Assembly: GCF_006345805.1 (NCBI RefSeq)
Contig: NC_043000.1
Coordinates: 93,124,001-93,188,000, forward strand
Direction of reading: 5' to 3'
DNA length: 64,000 bases
From: Octopus sinensis
Lineage: Eukaryota
In this document: positions 1 through 11,152 of the stretch, piece after piece
Layout: the number at the start of each line of letters is the position of its first letter
Position numbering within the stretch: position 1 is the stretch's first letter
Notes under the pieces: model-generated
Told to the model about the DNA's origin: nothing
Database searches by the model: none
The model's input: the letters and a program-made list of their open reading frames with translations, nothing else
Program-made: the position numbers and the translations under genes

Positions 1-70
<70 letters not shown>

Positions 71-95
71 TAATAATAATGAATATGATGATGAT
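1..95. repeat. Compound (TAC)n-(TAA)n-(GAT)n microsatellite
   Basis: Directly visible. Confidence 0.95.
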
Positions 96-613
96 GTAGT
101 ACCAGACAGTGGCTCTCATGGCTTCTGATCTTAACAAGTGTTATCATGTACATTGTTTTGTCTTGGTATAAAAGATGGGTTACAGCAAATATTCTGCTCA
201 ATACCACAGATTTACTTGTCAGTTGTTTGACCTTAACCAGTTGACCATGTCTCTTAGTGGCTGACAATATGTGCATCTCTGATCACGAGCTGAAGTTGTT
301 GGGGAGCATCATAGCCATGTGTTGAGGGGGATCCTTTGGGGTTTGAATAATTCACCTCTGGAAACATGGGTGGTTCGTTCAACATCCTTAAACAGCCCTT
401 ATTCAGAGACCTTTTGAGCGGGATGGGTTACTCGACCAGAAGAAAATTCTAACTGGGCCCCACCTGCAAGGTCATGCACTGTTTATCTTGATATGAGATC
501 ACCATGTTGTGCACATATGGTTGTGATGCCTGTGCCCAGTGTACCCTTATCAGACGAGTAGTCATGATGGGTATGCTGGGCTTTGTATATTTTACCCCAG
601 TGTCATTTTGATG
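96..613. mobile_element. ~530-bp interspersed repeat, copy 1 (non-coding, embedded in TAA arrays)
   Basis: Colinear with 38464-39008, e.g. shared gtgttatcatgtacattgttttgtcttggtataaaagatggg and ggccccacctgcaaggtcatgcactg. Confidence 0.8.
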
Positions 614-635
614 TCAATAATAATAATAAGAAGAA

Positions 636-1175
636 AAATAATAATTTCTACTATAAGCACAAGGCTTGAAATTTTGGAGGAGAGGGCTAGTCGATTAGAT
701 CAACCCCAGTACACAACTGCTTCTTAATTTATCGACTCTGAAAGGATGAAAGGGAAAGTCAACCCCAGCGGAATTTTAGCAGGCAAAATACCGCTAAGCA
801 TTTTGTCCAGCATGCTAATGATTCTGCCACCTCAACACCTTGGTGAGGAATTTGAACTCAGAATGTAAGGACAGACGATATGCTGCTAAGCATTTTGCCT
901 AGTGTGTTAATGATTCTGCCAGCTTGCCACCTTAATAATAATAATAATGATAATAATAATCCTTTCTACTATAGGCACAAGGCCTGAGAATTTGGGAGAG
1001 TGGGTGAGTTGATTACATCGACCCCAGTATTTCACTGGTACTTATACTATCGATCCTGAAAGGATGAAAGGTAAAGTCAACCTCGGTGGAATTTGAACTC
1101 AGGATGTAGTGACTGGCAAAATACCACTTAACATTTTGTTCAGTGCACTAATGATTCTGCCAGCTCACCACCTAA
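636..1175 (-). mobile_element. Cluster of SINE family A fragments (tRNA-derived)
   Basis: Repeated gaaaggatgaaaggcaaagtcaacctcgg...atttgaactcag...ctgccagctc, the reverse complement of the family A head and body. Confidence 0.85.
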
Positions 1176-1202
1176 TAATAATAATGATAATAATAACAAC
1201 AA

Positions 1203-1536
1203 GAGCATTCAGAAAGTGCAAAACTCTGCCAAGGCAACACCAACATCCTCTTAATGATTAGCTGGAGATGATTTTTAAGACAAGAATATCTGAAATAAAA
1301 ACTTGACTCCTCTCACAAATGAGAATACTAAAAATGAACCCGACCGCTCTCAAAAATTAAGTAAAAAAACCAGAAAAATAATCCAGAATCGTTGTCTGGT
1401 ACTGGATCAATCCCAAAATCTAATCGGTTCATGCCAGTTATGAATGCATTCAACGGTTCTTGAGATATCTTGTCCATGGACAAACAAACAAATTTGACTG
1501 AAAACAATACCTCCGCCTTCGCTAAAGCGGAGGTAA
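1203..1536 (-). mobile_element. DINE-1/HINE-like (Helentron-associated) non-autonomous element
   Basis: Terminal hairpin tacctccgc/gcggaggta (1508-1535), short (GTTT)n tract, gatatctcaagaa core on the minus strand; second copy at 50110-50415; sits in TAA/TT context. Confidence 0.6.
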
Positions 1537-1564
1537 TAATCATGATAATAATAATATAGTTATC

Positions 1565-1750
1565 AAGGTGGCAAAATGGTGCAATATCTAGCACACTGGA
1601 CAAAATACTTAGCAGTATTTCGTCAGTCTTCACATACTAAATTCCAGTTCCACCAAGGTTGACTTAGCCTTTCATACTTCCAGAGTTGATAAAATAAGTA
1701 CTGAATTATCCCCTGTCCTGAAATTGCTGGCATTGTGCTAAAATTTGAAA
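1565..1750 (+). mobile_element. SINE family A
   Basis: Degenerate tRNA head plus ttagcctttcat...gataaaataagtac body. Confidence 0.8.
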
Positions 1751-1772
1751 CCATTATTATTATTAATATACC

Positions 1773-2004
1773 TATTTCTTTACTACCCACAAGGGGCTAA
1801 ACACAGAAGGGACGAACAAGGACAGACAAATGGATTAAGTCGATTACATAGACTCCAGTGCGTAACTGGTACTTATTTAATCAACCCTGAAAGGATGAAA
1901 GGCAAAGTCGACCTCGGCGGAATTTGAACTCAGAACGTAGCGGCAGACGAAATACTGCTAAGCATTTCGCCCGGCATGCTAATGTTTCTGCCAGCTTGCC
2001 GCCT
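1773..2004 (-). mobile_element. SINE family A, near full length
   Basis: Reverse complement of ggcggcaagctggcagaaac...gttctgagttcaaattccgccgaggtcgactttgcctttcatcc. Confidence 0.9.
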
Positions 2005-2039
2005 ACATATTATTATTAATATACCATCACCATTACTGA

Positions 2040-2450
2040 AGGCGGCGAGCTGGCAGAATTGTTAGCATGATGGATGAAATGCTTAGCAGTATTTTGCCCG
2101 TCACTACGTTCTGAGTTCAAATTCTGCTGAGGTCAACTTTGCCTTTCATCCTTTTGGAGTCGATAAAATAAGTACCAGTTGCGAACTGGAGTCGATCTAA
2201 TTGACTGACCCTGCCCCCGAAATTTTGGGCCTTGCGCCTAGAGTAGAAAAGAATCGTTAGCATGCTGGATGAAATGCTTCGAGGTATTTTGCCCGTCACT
2301 AGATTCTGAATTCAAATTCCTCTGAGATCAGCTTTACTTTTCATCCTTTTGGAGTCAATAAAATAAGTACCAGTGAAACACTGGGGTCAATGCTATCGAC
2401 TGGCCCCGCTCCCCCAAAATTTCAGGCCTTGTACCTTTAGTAGAAAGGAT
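2040..2450 (+). mobile_element. Two tandem SINE family A copies
   Basis: aggcggcgagctggcagaa head with A/B-box-like motifs; second copy starts ~2255. Confidence 0.9.
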
Positions 2451-2469
2451 TATCATATTATCAGTTACT

Positions 2470-2725
2470 TGTACAATGACCACAACAGTTATTACTACTA
2501 CCACCACCACCACTGCTACTTAATACGATTCCTACTTCTACAACTACCACAATCACCAACAAGTCACTGCCACTGCCACCATCACCACCACTACCAACAA
2601 CAACAACACCATTACTACTACTTCCACTGCTACTACTGCTAATATTACTACTACTATTACTACTGCTGCTGCTACTACTACTACTACTACTTACCATTGC
2701 TACTGCTGCTGCTACTACTACTCAC
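2470..2725. repeat. Mixed trinucleotide low-complexity tract (CAC/TAC/CAA/CTG)
   Basis: Directly visible. Confidence 0.9.
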
Positions 2726-3094
2726 CATTGCTAAAAGATCATCAGATGGAATTGTTGGATTTTATAGACAATTTTCTAATTTTCTTATATATTTATCTAT
2801 TTTTGTTTTGTTATAATTTTTCTTTCAATTAGTATTTTGTTGTTGTCATTGTTGTTATTGCTACTGCTGCTGCTGTTATTGGTGGTGGTGATGGTGGTGG
2901 TACTAATGTGCTTTTATTTTTTTAGTTTTGTTGTTATTTCCCTAAAAAATCAGATTTAGTGAAGATAGAATGATTTTGTTGCTAGGTTGTAATCATCATC
3001 ATCATCACCATCATTATCCTCAGCACAACACCACCATTAATAATAATTAATTATTATTATTATTACATATTTTATCAACCTCATAAGGATTATA

Positions 3095-3292
3095 GACAAA
3101 GTCAACCTCGGTGGAATTTGAATTCAGAAAGTAGAGATAGATGAACGTTCTGAGTTCAAATTCCACCAAGGTCGACTTTGTCTTTCATCCTTTCAGGATC
3201 AATAAAATAATTACCATTTGAGTACTGGGGGTCGACGTAATTGAGAGTCACCCCACCCTTAAATTTAAGGCCTTATGCCTTCAATAGACAGG

Positions 3293-3295
<3 letters not shown>
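3095..3295 (+). mobile_element. SINE family A (3145-3295) preceded by an inverted A fragment (3095-3129)
   Basis: 35-bp inverted repeat 3095-3129 / 3148-3182; (ATT)n tail follows. Confidence 0.85.
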
Positions 3296-3347
<52 letters not shown>

Positions 3348-3552
3348 GATGAAAACCCTCAGCTTATTTTCCTGGACATGATAGAAAGTGTCAGATGTCC
3401 ACAGTGAGTAGACTAAGGTGACACTTGTTTATGGTCATGCTTTAAGAACCTTGCGAAGAATTCTTGCAGATCCAAGCAATGTTGTTTTTTGCAGGTCTTC
3501 TATCTTTACATTTGTACCAATCTTTTTGAATCATGTTGGTAGTTGAGTGCTG
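3348..3552 (-). mobile_element. R4/Dong-type RLE non-LTR retrotransposon, 3' end (subfamily B)
   Basis: Minus-strand translation ...KIGTNVKIEDLQKTTLLGSARILRKVLKA*, then 3' UTR and (AAT)n tail. Confidence 0.7.
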
Positions 3553-3584
3553 ATTATTATTATTATTATTATATTATTATTATT

Positions 3585-4132
3585 CAGTAGTTTTATTTTT
3601 ATAGCGTGCTTTCACTTCACTACCGAGCGCAGCTCTTTGTGCCTTGGGTATGTGCTGTGATTTGTTGTGATGCTCTGATGGTTATTGTATGGAAAGTGTT
3701 CTGCGTAGGATGTGTGCAGTGCCTAGTAGTGCAATTTTCTGTATGTTATATGTGTTTGTAAGTCCTGGTGTTTTTGTTATGTATTTGTCTGAATATTTTT
3801 TTATCATGCCTAATGCACCTACTATGATAGGAATTGTTTCTGTTTTCAGATTCCACATTCTAGTTACCTCTATTTCCAGGTCTTTGTATTTTGAGAGTTT
3901 CTCCATTTCTTTTAGAGACACGTTGTCATCAGCCGGTATTGATACATCGATTAGAAAGCATTTTTTTTCTTCATGGTCTCTGACAACTATATCTGGTCTG
4001 TTGGCCTTAATTTCTCTGTCTGTGTGTATCGGCATATCCCAGAGTATGGTTGCTTTCTCGTTTTCTGTGACCTTTTCTGGTGTGTGCCTATACCATCTTT
4101 TTTCTGTTGTTATTCCATAATGTTGGCATAGC
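3585..4132 (-). mobile_element. R4/Dong-type RLE non-LTR retrotransposon, 5'-truncated (subfamily A)
   Basis: ORF 3682-4035 has the RLE motifs RPDIVV...LIDVSIP...EKLSKYKDL; 3' UTR ends aataaaactactg + (AAT)n; nearly identical to 49177-49888. Confidence 0.92.
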
Positions 4133-4160
4133 TTATTATTATTATTATTATTATTATTAA

Positions 4161-4214
<54 letters not shown>

Positions 4215-4228
4215 CATTATCATCATCA

Positions 4229-4730
4229 TTTTACGTTTGACTTTTGCTTTTACATTTGTACAAGTTGGCTCTAAGTCTCACCCAGAGACCTCAAGAGACA
4301 ACAAGTTGGAAGTTCATGTTGGTGTTATGCCTAGGGTGCCATATATTTGGTTTTGTACATAGTGTTGTTCTAGAGAATGTTTAAGAAAATTATGTTTGTT
4401 TAAGAAAATTATGTTTGTTTTAAAACTTGAGATTACATAGAAAGTATTTTGCATAGGATATGGGCAGTTCCCATAAGCGCTATTTTTTGAATTTCTGCCA
4501 TTTTGGGGTTTCCTGGTATCTGAGCTAGGCAGCAATCATCCCCTTTTGCTATCATTCCCAGGGCATCTATGACAACAGGTATTGTTTTAGTCTTCAGGTT
4601 CCACATTTTGCTAATTTCTATTTCAAGATCTTTATATTTGCTCAGTTTTTGGTAGGTCTTGACAGATATGTTTATATCGATTGGGACAGTCATATCAATG
4701 CGGAGGCATGATTTTTGTCTGAAGTCTTTT
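4229..4730 (-). mobile_element. R4/Dong-type RLE retrotransposon, 3' end (subfamily C)
   Basis: ORF 4433-4693 KLSKYKDLEIEISKMWNLKT...QKIALMGTAHIL; ~200-nt 3' UTR unlike subfamily A. Confidence 0.88.
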
Positions 4731-4759
4731 TATTATTATTTATCATTATTATTATTATT

Positions 4760-5118
4760 CAGTAGTCTTATTTTTATAACATGCTTTCACTGCGCTACCG
4801 AGTGCAGCTCTGTGTGCCTTGGGTATGTACTGTGGTTTGTTGTGATGCTCTGATGGTTATTGTATTGAAAGTGTTTTGCATAGGATGTGTGCAGTGCCCA
4901 GTATTGCAAATTCCTATATGTTATATATAATTGTTAGTCCAGGTGCTTTTGTTATGTATTTGTCTGAATATTTTTTTATCATGCCTAATGCGCCTACTAT
5001 GATAGGAATTGTTTCTGTTTTTAGATTCCACATTCGAGTTACCTTTTTTTACAAATCCTTGTATTTTGTGAGTTTCTCCATTTCTTTTAGAGACACATTG
5101 TCATCTGCTGGTATTGAT
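4760..5118 (-). mobile_element. R4/Dong-type RLE retrotransposon, 3' end (subfamily A variant)
   Basis: Colinear with 3585-3950 but more diverged. Confidence 0.85.
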
Positions 5119-5267
5119 TTATTATTATTATTATTATTATTATAATTATTATTATTACAATCATTATTGTTATTATTATTATTATTATTATTATATTATT
5201 ATTATTATTATTATTATTATGATTATTGTTATTATCGTTATCATTATTATTATTATTATTGTTATTA

Positions 5268-5313
<46 letters not shown>

Positions 5314-5355
5314 GATTATTGTTATTATCATTATTATTATTATTATTATTATTAA
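5119..5355. repeat. (ATT)n microsatellite
   Basis: Directly visible. Confidence 0.95.
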
Positions 5356-5550
5356 GGTGACAAGCTGGCACCCTAATGATTATTATCATTATTGTTGTTG
5401 TTAAGGTGACAAGTTCGGACATTAGATAGAATGCTTAGCAGCATTTTGTCCATCTATATTCTGAGTTCAACTGCCACTGAGGTTGGCTTTGTCCTTCATT
5501 CTTTCTCAGATGAAAATGTTAGTCTTTATGCCTATAGTAGAAAAGGTTAT
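5355..5550 (+). mobile_element. Degenerate SINE family A with duplicated head
   Basis: aaggtgacaag occurs twice, then ctgagttcaa...ttggctttgtccttcatt. Confidence 0.6.
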
Positions 5551-6384
5551 TACTATTATTATTATTATCATCATCATCATTATTGCTATTACTAATACCA
5601 TTATTATTATTATTACTATTAATATTTTCATTACTCTTATTATTATAAATATTATTACTATTATTATTATTAAATGAAATGAAAAATGAAATTCCAATAA
5701 TACAAGAAAATGACAACAAAAACGTCATTTAAAAATCAGAAATAAATATATAAAAATCATTATTATTATTGTTTTCGTTTTTTCTTTTCTATGTTCTTTG
5801 TATTTTTTTCCCTTATTTTCTTTGTCTTTTTATCTTTTTGCTTCTTAATCGATTGCTGCCAATTCTTCTTTATCTTTGACTGAAGAATAAATGTAGTGCT
5901 TTTATATAGAATATTATTCTGAAAGTCCTTAACACACACCGATTGCTTCCCAAACAATAGATATCAGAAAGGCAGAGACCAATTGTCTTGTAAAATCATT
6001 TCTTTTGTGAAAGCTTTTCAGCAATATATGCATGTGAGTATATGTATGTATGTATGTATATGTGTGTGTATGTGTATGTATGGGATTATATGTGTGAGAA
6101 TATGTTTAAAATATGTCTGCAGTTGTTTGGGTTTTTTTTTTTTTATAAATTTAAAACTTTGTACTGCAGCAGTTAATCATGAGGTTGTTATAACTTTTTT
6201 TTTTTCTCCTTTGCTCTTCAACGCCATGACCATAATTCTCGTCTCCCTCCACCTCCTCCTCCTCTGCTTCTTCATTATCATTATCATTGTCACCATTATC
6301 ATCATCATCATTTTCTTCTTTTATCATTCTCATTCTCTTCCTCATCTCTTCACCACTGTATTTTTTGCCAACATTACTGATATA

Positions 6385-6440
6385 TATATATATATATATA
6401 TGCACACTCACAAGTTGTGTATATGTATACATATATATAT

Positions 6441-6484
<44 letters not shown>

Positions 6485-6623
6485 AATGCATATATAAATA
6501 TATGCACATATATATGCATATATATACTGTATATATATATATACACACACACATATAAATATATACACATATATATATACATACATGCATACACATATAT
6601 ATATAATATATATATATATATAT

Positions 6624-6696
<73 letters not shown>

Positions 6697-6750
6697 TTGT
6701 ATTATGTATGTATTTATGTAGACATATCTATGCATATACATACATATATA
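6385..6750. repeat. (TA)n/(TATG)n microsatellite block
   Basis: Directly visible. Confidence 0.95.
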
Positions 6751-7444
6751 CTCTTTTTGCACCTTTGTTGTTGTTGTTCTTCTTCATCACCCTCTCCTCC
6801 TTTTCCTCCTCATGCCTTTCTACTTTTTTCGATGCATACTAAAATATTTCAGATTTTATCCAACCAACCAACCTCCCAGCAACTCTCACACAGAGACGTC
6901 TGTACTGAAATATGGTTTGGTTATATGTAAATTGAGAGCAAATAAACATTTATACCTCAACCACAACCACATACACACACATACGCCAACAATAAACTCT
7001 AAACATAAACATAAATATTAAACAACAATAAACAATACTTCAGACTCTTTTCCTATGGACATTCATTCAACCTTAAATACAAGTGGCACCTGCATTCTGG
7101 TAGGTCAAACAAGAAATGAAACCTACTGTGCCTTGCTCAGTCAATGCAGTACACATGATATAACAAAGCTTAAGTTTATAATATTGTAGTAAGTATATAA
7201 ACCAGCATGTTAACCTCATAGTCATGCGATGAATCCCTTCTATTAGCCATTGTGTCTGGAGATTGTTTGGTTTTTAGTCAAATATAGAAAATAAATAATA
7301 TCACTATGCATGTAAAAAAGCAAAACTAAACAAAGTTGATGTGATACTAAAATGTTCGATTACTAGCTAATGAGATAACTCAAACATTCAGTCAGGTATA
7401 TATATATATATATACACGCACACACACACACATATATATATATA

Positions 7445-7862
7445 TCATCATCATCAGCATCATCATTTAGCGTCCGCTTTCCATGCTAGCATGGGTTGGA
7501 TGGTTCAACTGGGGTCTGTGAAGCCAGAAGGCTGCATCAGGCCCAGTCTGATCTGGCAGTGTTTCTACGGCTGGATGCCCTTCCTAACGCCAACCACTCC
7601 GCGAGTGTAGTGGGTGCTTTTTACGTGCCACCCGCACAGGTGCCAGACGGTGCTGGCAAACGGCCACGAACTGATGGTGCTTTTACGTGCCACCGGCACA
7701 GGGGCCAGGCGAGGCTGGCAACAGACACGAACAGATGGTGCTTTTACGTGCCACCGGCACAGAGGCCAGACGGGGCGGCGCTGGCAACGGCCACGAACGG
7801 ATGGTGCTTTTTATGTGCCACTGGCACGGGGGCCAGGTGAGGCTGGCAACGGCCACGAACAC
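7445..7862 (-). mobile_element. SINE family C (RTE-like 3' tail with (GAT)n) containing an internal ~60-nt tandem repeat x4
   Basis: catcatcat-ttagcgtccgctttccatgctagcatgggttgga; unit gtgcttttacgtgccaccggcac...ccacgaac at ~7614, 7676, 7738, 7803. Confidence 0.85.
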
Positions 7863-8239
7863 ATATATATATGTTTTATTTCTTGGAAAACTTACACATA
7901 ATTAAGTGCAGTGAATCATAGTGAAACTTCAAGTAATGTTGGACTAAGTTTAAATGTGTGTGAGTATATATTCATACTGGTTGTACTAGCAAAATTGTCC
8001 CGGTTTTAGATTCAGCTTCAAACCTTTGTATCTCAGGAATGCCGAAAGATAACTTAGTGGAATTATCAAAGGGTTCTTTAATGTTATTGGGTTGTATTTT
8101 GAGCAAGAAAAATGTTGATTACTCTCCATTCTCAGCAGAAGAATCAAGGTGAAGTTGATCATGGATGCCAATTACATTTTCATAAATAATTAACCATAGC
8201 TTATAAAGGATTGAAATAAAATTCAGATAGAAGCTTAAA

Positions 8240-8745
8240 GTTTTATTTCAAAGTGCCAAAGACAATCCTGGCAGAAATTCTAAATGCTAGGCATCAAGAG
8301 TTGCTCCTCTTTGGGCAAAGATTTCCTCGACCCTCTTCCTGACTGCACTACAAGCTTTCTTAATGAATTCTTCATCAATGGCCTCCTCCCACATCCTACA
8401 GATGGAGTTTTTGAGGGTTTGCAGGTTATTGTGTGACTTCTCACAAGTTTTTCTGACCAGTTGCTGAAGTCTAAAGGTTTCAAATCAGGTGATGAAAGGG
8501 ACAAAATGTCCTTATCCCAAAACCTGTTCCCAAACTCATCCCTGAAATATTTTTGAGCCACTGTACTTGTGTGACAAGGAGCTGTATCTTACTAGAATGC
8601 AAACTTGCTGCTCTTAGCGATCTTGTTGGGGCTTCCTTTGTCTGTAGCCTCAGAATATTTGGAAAGAATCCAGGTCTTCAAATCTTTGAAAACCTTAATA
8701 TAACAAACTCCTGTTAGTTTCACAGCCTTCTCAAACATGATGGAT
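8240..8745 (-). mobile_element. maT/DD37D (Bmmar1-like) Tc1-mariner transposase relic
   Basis: Minus-strand pieces ...DTAPCHTSTVAQKYFRDEFGNRFWDKDILSLSSPDLKPLDFSNW... and ...KSHNNLQTLKNSICRMWEEAIDEEFIKKAC, with stops and frameshifts. Confidence 0.75.
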
Positions 8746-8754
8746 GGCTTCTTA

Positions 8755-8927
8755 CACACACACACACACACAATGGGCTTCTTTGCAGTTTCTGTCTTCC
8801 AAATCCACTCAAAAGGTTTTGGTTGGCCAGAGGCTGTAGTATAAGATACGTACCCAAGGTGCAACACAGTGGGACTGAAACTGGAACCATGTAGTTGGAA
8901 AGCAAACATCTTACCACACAGTCATGT
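8755..8927 (-). mobile_element. SINE family B, 5' half
   Basis: Reverse complement of the tRNA head plus ccttgggt...ctacagcc CORE-like body. Confidence 0.7.
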
Positions 8928-9974
8928 ACAGACTGTAAACAAAATCTTTGTTGTTTATGCAAATGGTGTCACTTGCTCAAAGTCCACCATGAAAGTATGT
9001 CCAGGCTGTTCATGTTCACTACAATGGAGCAGTATTATTATCTGCTTGGAAACTGGTGGAAGGTGGTTTCAGAAAGGGTAACCAGCCATAAAAAAAAAAC
9101 TCTATATCAATGCAAACCTGGAAAGGCATTTATTAAAACGATTATAATAAGGATACATATGGCTGAATATGTGTGCATGTGTATGTATGTGTGTGTGACT
9201 GTGCATAGAGGTTTATTTCTAGCCAAGTATTTCTCTTGTGGTTGTCTCACTCAGAAGATGACATCAGTTGTTCCTCTTCCAGGTACAAAACCAAACTGCA
9301 TCTCAACAGGGCTAATCCTGTTCCTAATCAATTTTGCAATAATTCTTTGAATAAATTTCATGACCTGGTTTCACCTTATAACCCTTCTGAAGTTTCCTCT
9401 CTTTGGTGCCTTTGTAACAGTTTATAATGTTGCTTCTCCACCAGCCAAAGCCTATTATAGCTTATTTTATAGTCTAATTGACTATTCATGTCACTAAACC
9501 ACAATTTACTTTGACAGATATTTTAAGTATTTTAGCAATTGTTGCTTACAGTGCAGGAATAGATATATGGTTAAGAAGTTTGGCCTCACAACAATGGGGC
9601 TTGGAGTTCAATTCTATCATGTAACTCTATGAGCAAGTGACTTTTATTGCACTTCTTCTAGCTTGAACAAATTAACTTTGCATATTTGTGTATTGATAAC
9701 AATTTCTACTTTTCCATGGGCATTACTGTATCAGGATGTACTCCTGTTTGCATAATATACAGTACATATGCTTCAAGCAGTTGCAAAATCTTTGAAGCAG
9801 CTGTAAAGATGCATATGATAGTACATATTCTTTGCAAAATCTATTTATGTAATGTCTTTTATAAATGATTACATGTTTTATCTAATTGCTTGTTCAACTT
9901 TTGTCACTGAATTCATCTTGAGTCGCAAAAAACTGACCAATACACACACACACATATATATATACATATATATG

Positions 9975-10797
9975 GAGAATATCTGTCTCTCATCTATAAA
10001 CTTTTTTTAATCTAAAATATACTCTCCTTCATTTTCTACAATGCTCCTGCATCTATCTGGTCGACTTGCAAGATCCCTCTTCCGAAACTCACTTGTCCAT
10101 GATGAGAAGTACTTCTCCAGTACTGTTCTGACCACATCTACATAATTCATGATTTTCCATCCAAATGATTTTGAAGACTACAGAATAAATGATAATCATT
10201 TGGAGCAATATCTGGTGAATATGGTGGATGGGGCATCATTTCCTATTCAAACTGCTCTGTCCTTTGGAATGCCATTCTTGCTGAATGTGGCCAAGTATTA
10301 TCCTGATGAAAGAACACTTTTCATTTTTAACCAAAGATGGTCGTTTTCCTTCTAGTGCAGTTGTTAATAAATGGCTGAAGACCAAATCCAAGCCTCTTTA
10401 CTATTTCCTCAAAAGTTACAATGGGTTTTTTGCTCCACTAGGGTTTTCAGGATGTCCTTGTCAAGCTCTGCAAATTTTCCAGGCTACTGTTTCTGGCTTG
10501 GAATTTCTGGAACCACTGTTGATACTGCCTTACACTTATTGTCCAATCCCCATATACTGCATTAATGTTCCTCTCATTTTCTGTTGCATTGTTACCTTTA
10601 TTGAACTCGTAAAGCAAAATATGCCAAATACGCTCCTTTGTCACTTCCATTATAGCTTTGGAAAAATAACTGTTAAAATCTTCAAAACATGCACTAAGAA
10701 TACCTGTTTATATAGCAAATTGATAAAGGTAGTTTATCCCCTTCAGACTTTTAGTTCATGCAAGTGAAAAAAACCACATTATTTATGAGATGATCCA

Positions 10798-10800
<3 letters not shown>
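9975..10800 (-). mobile_element. Internally deleted mariner transposon relic
   Basis: N-terminus MEVTKERIWHILLYEFNKGNNAT (ORF 10447-10650); C-terminal SLQNHLDGK...VENEGEYILD*; TIR-like end ttggatcatctcataaataat abutting (TA)n. Confidence 0.85.
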
Positions 10801-10852
<52 letters not shown>

Positions 10853-11026
10853 ATGATGGACTCTCCCATTGTTAGATGACATATGATGGTTTGACAATTT
10901 CTTACTGAACAACCACACAGATGATTTGTTTATAGTGATCAAATGTTTGTGTAGACATAAGCTCACTCCCTTCATCAAATCGGCATATGGTTAGGGTTAG
11001 AGTTAAATGTGAGATGCAAGATGATG

Positions 11027-11152
11027 AAATGATCACAGAGCAATGTGAAATGAAGTGCTTTGCTCAAGAACATAATGCAATGCCCGGTTTGGGAATCAAA
11101 CCCATGATCTCACAATCGTGAGTGTAACACTCTAACCACTAAGCCATGTACT
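11027..11152 (-). mobile_element. SINE family E (tRNA head + CORE-like body)
   Basis: Reverse complement of tggcttagtggttagagtg...ttcttgagcaaagcacttcatttcac. Confidence 0.75.

Noticed and set aside
3689-4120. Plus-strand ORFs MESVLRRMCAVPSS... (also 49281-49568 and 4876-5145)
   Set aside because: Antisense shadows of the minus-strand RLE retrotransposon ORF.
5087-5422. Poly-N/I/Y/L ORFs here and at 47517-48043
   Set aside because: (ATT)n microsatellite artefacts.
7610-7862. Regularly spaced repeats resembling a CRISPR array
   Set aside because: Eukaryotic SINE-internal tandem units with no unique spacers and no cas genes.
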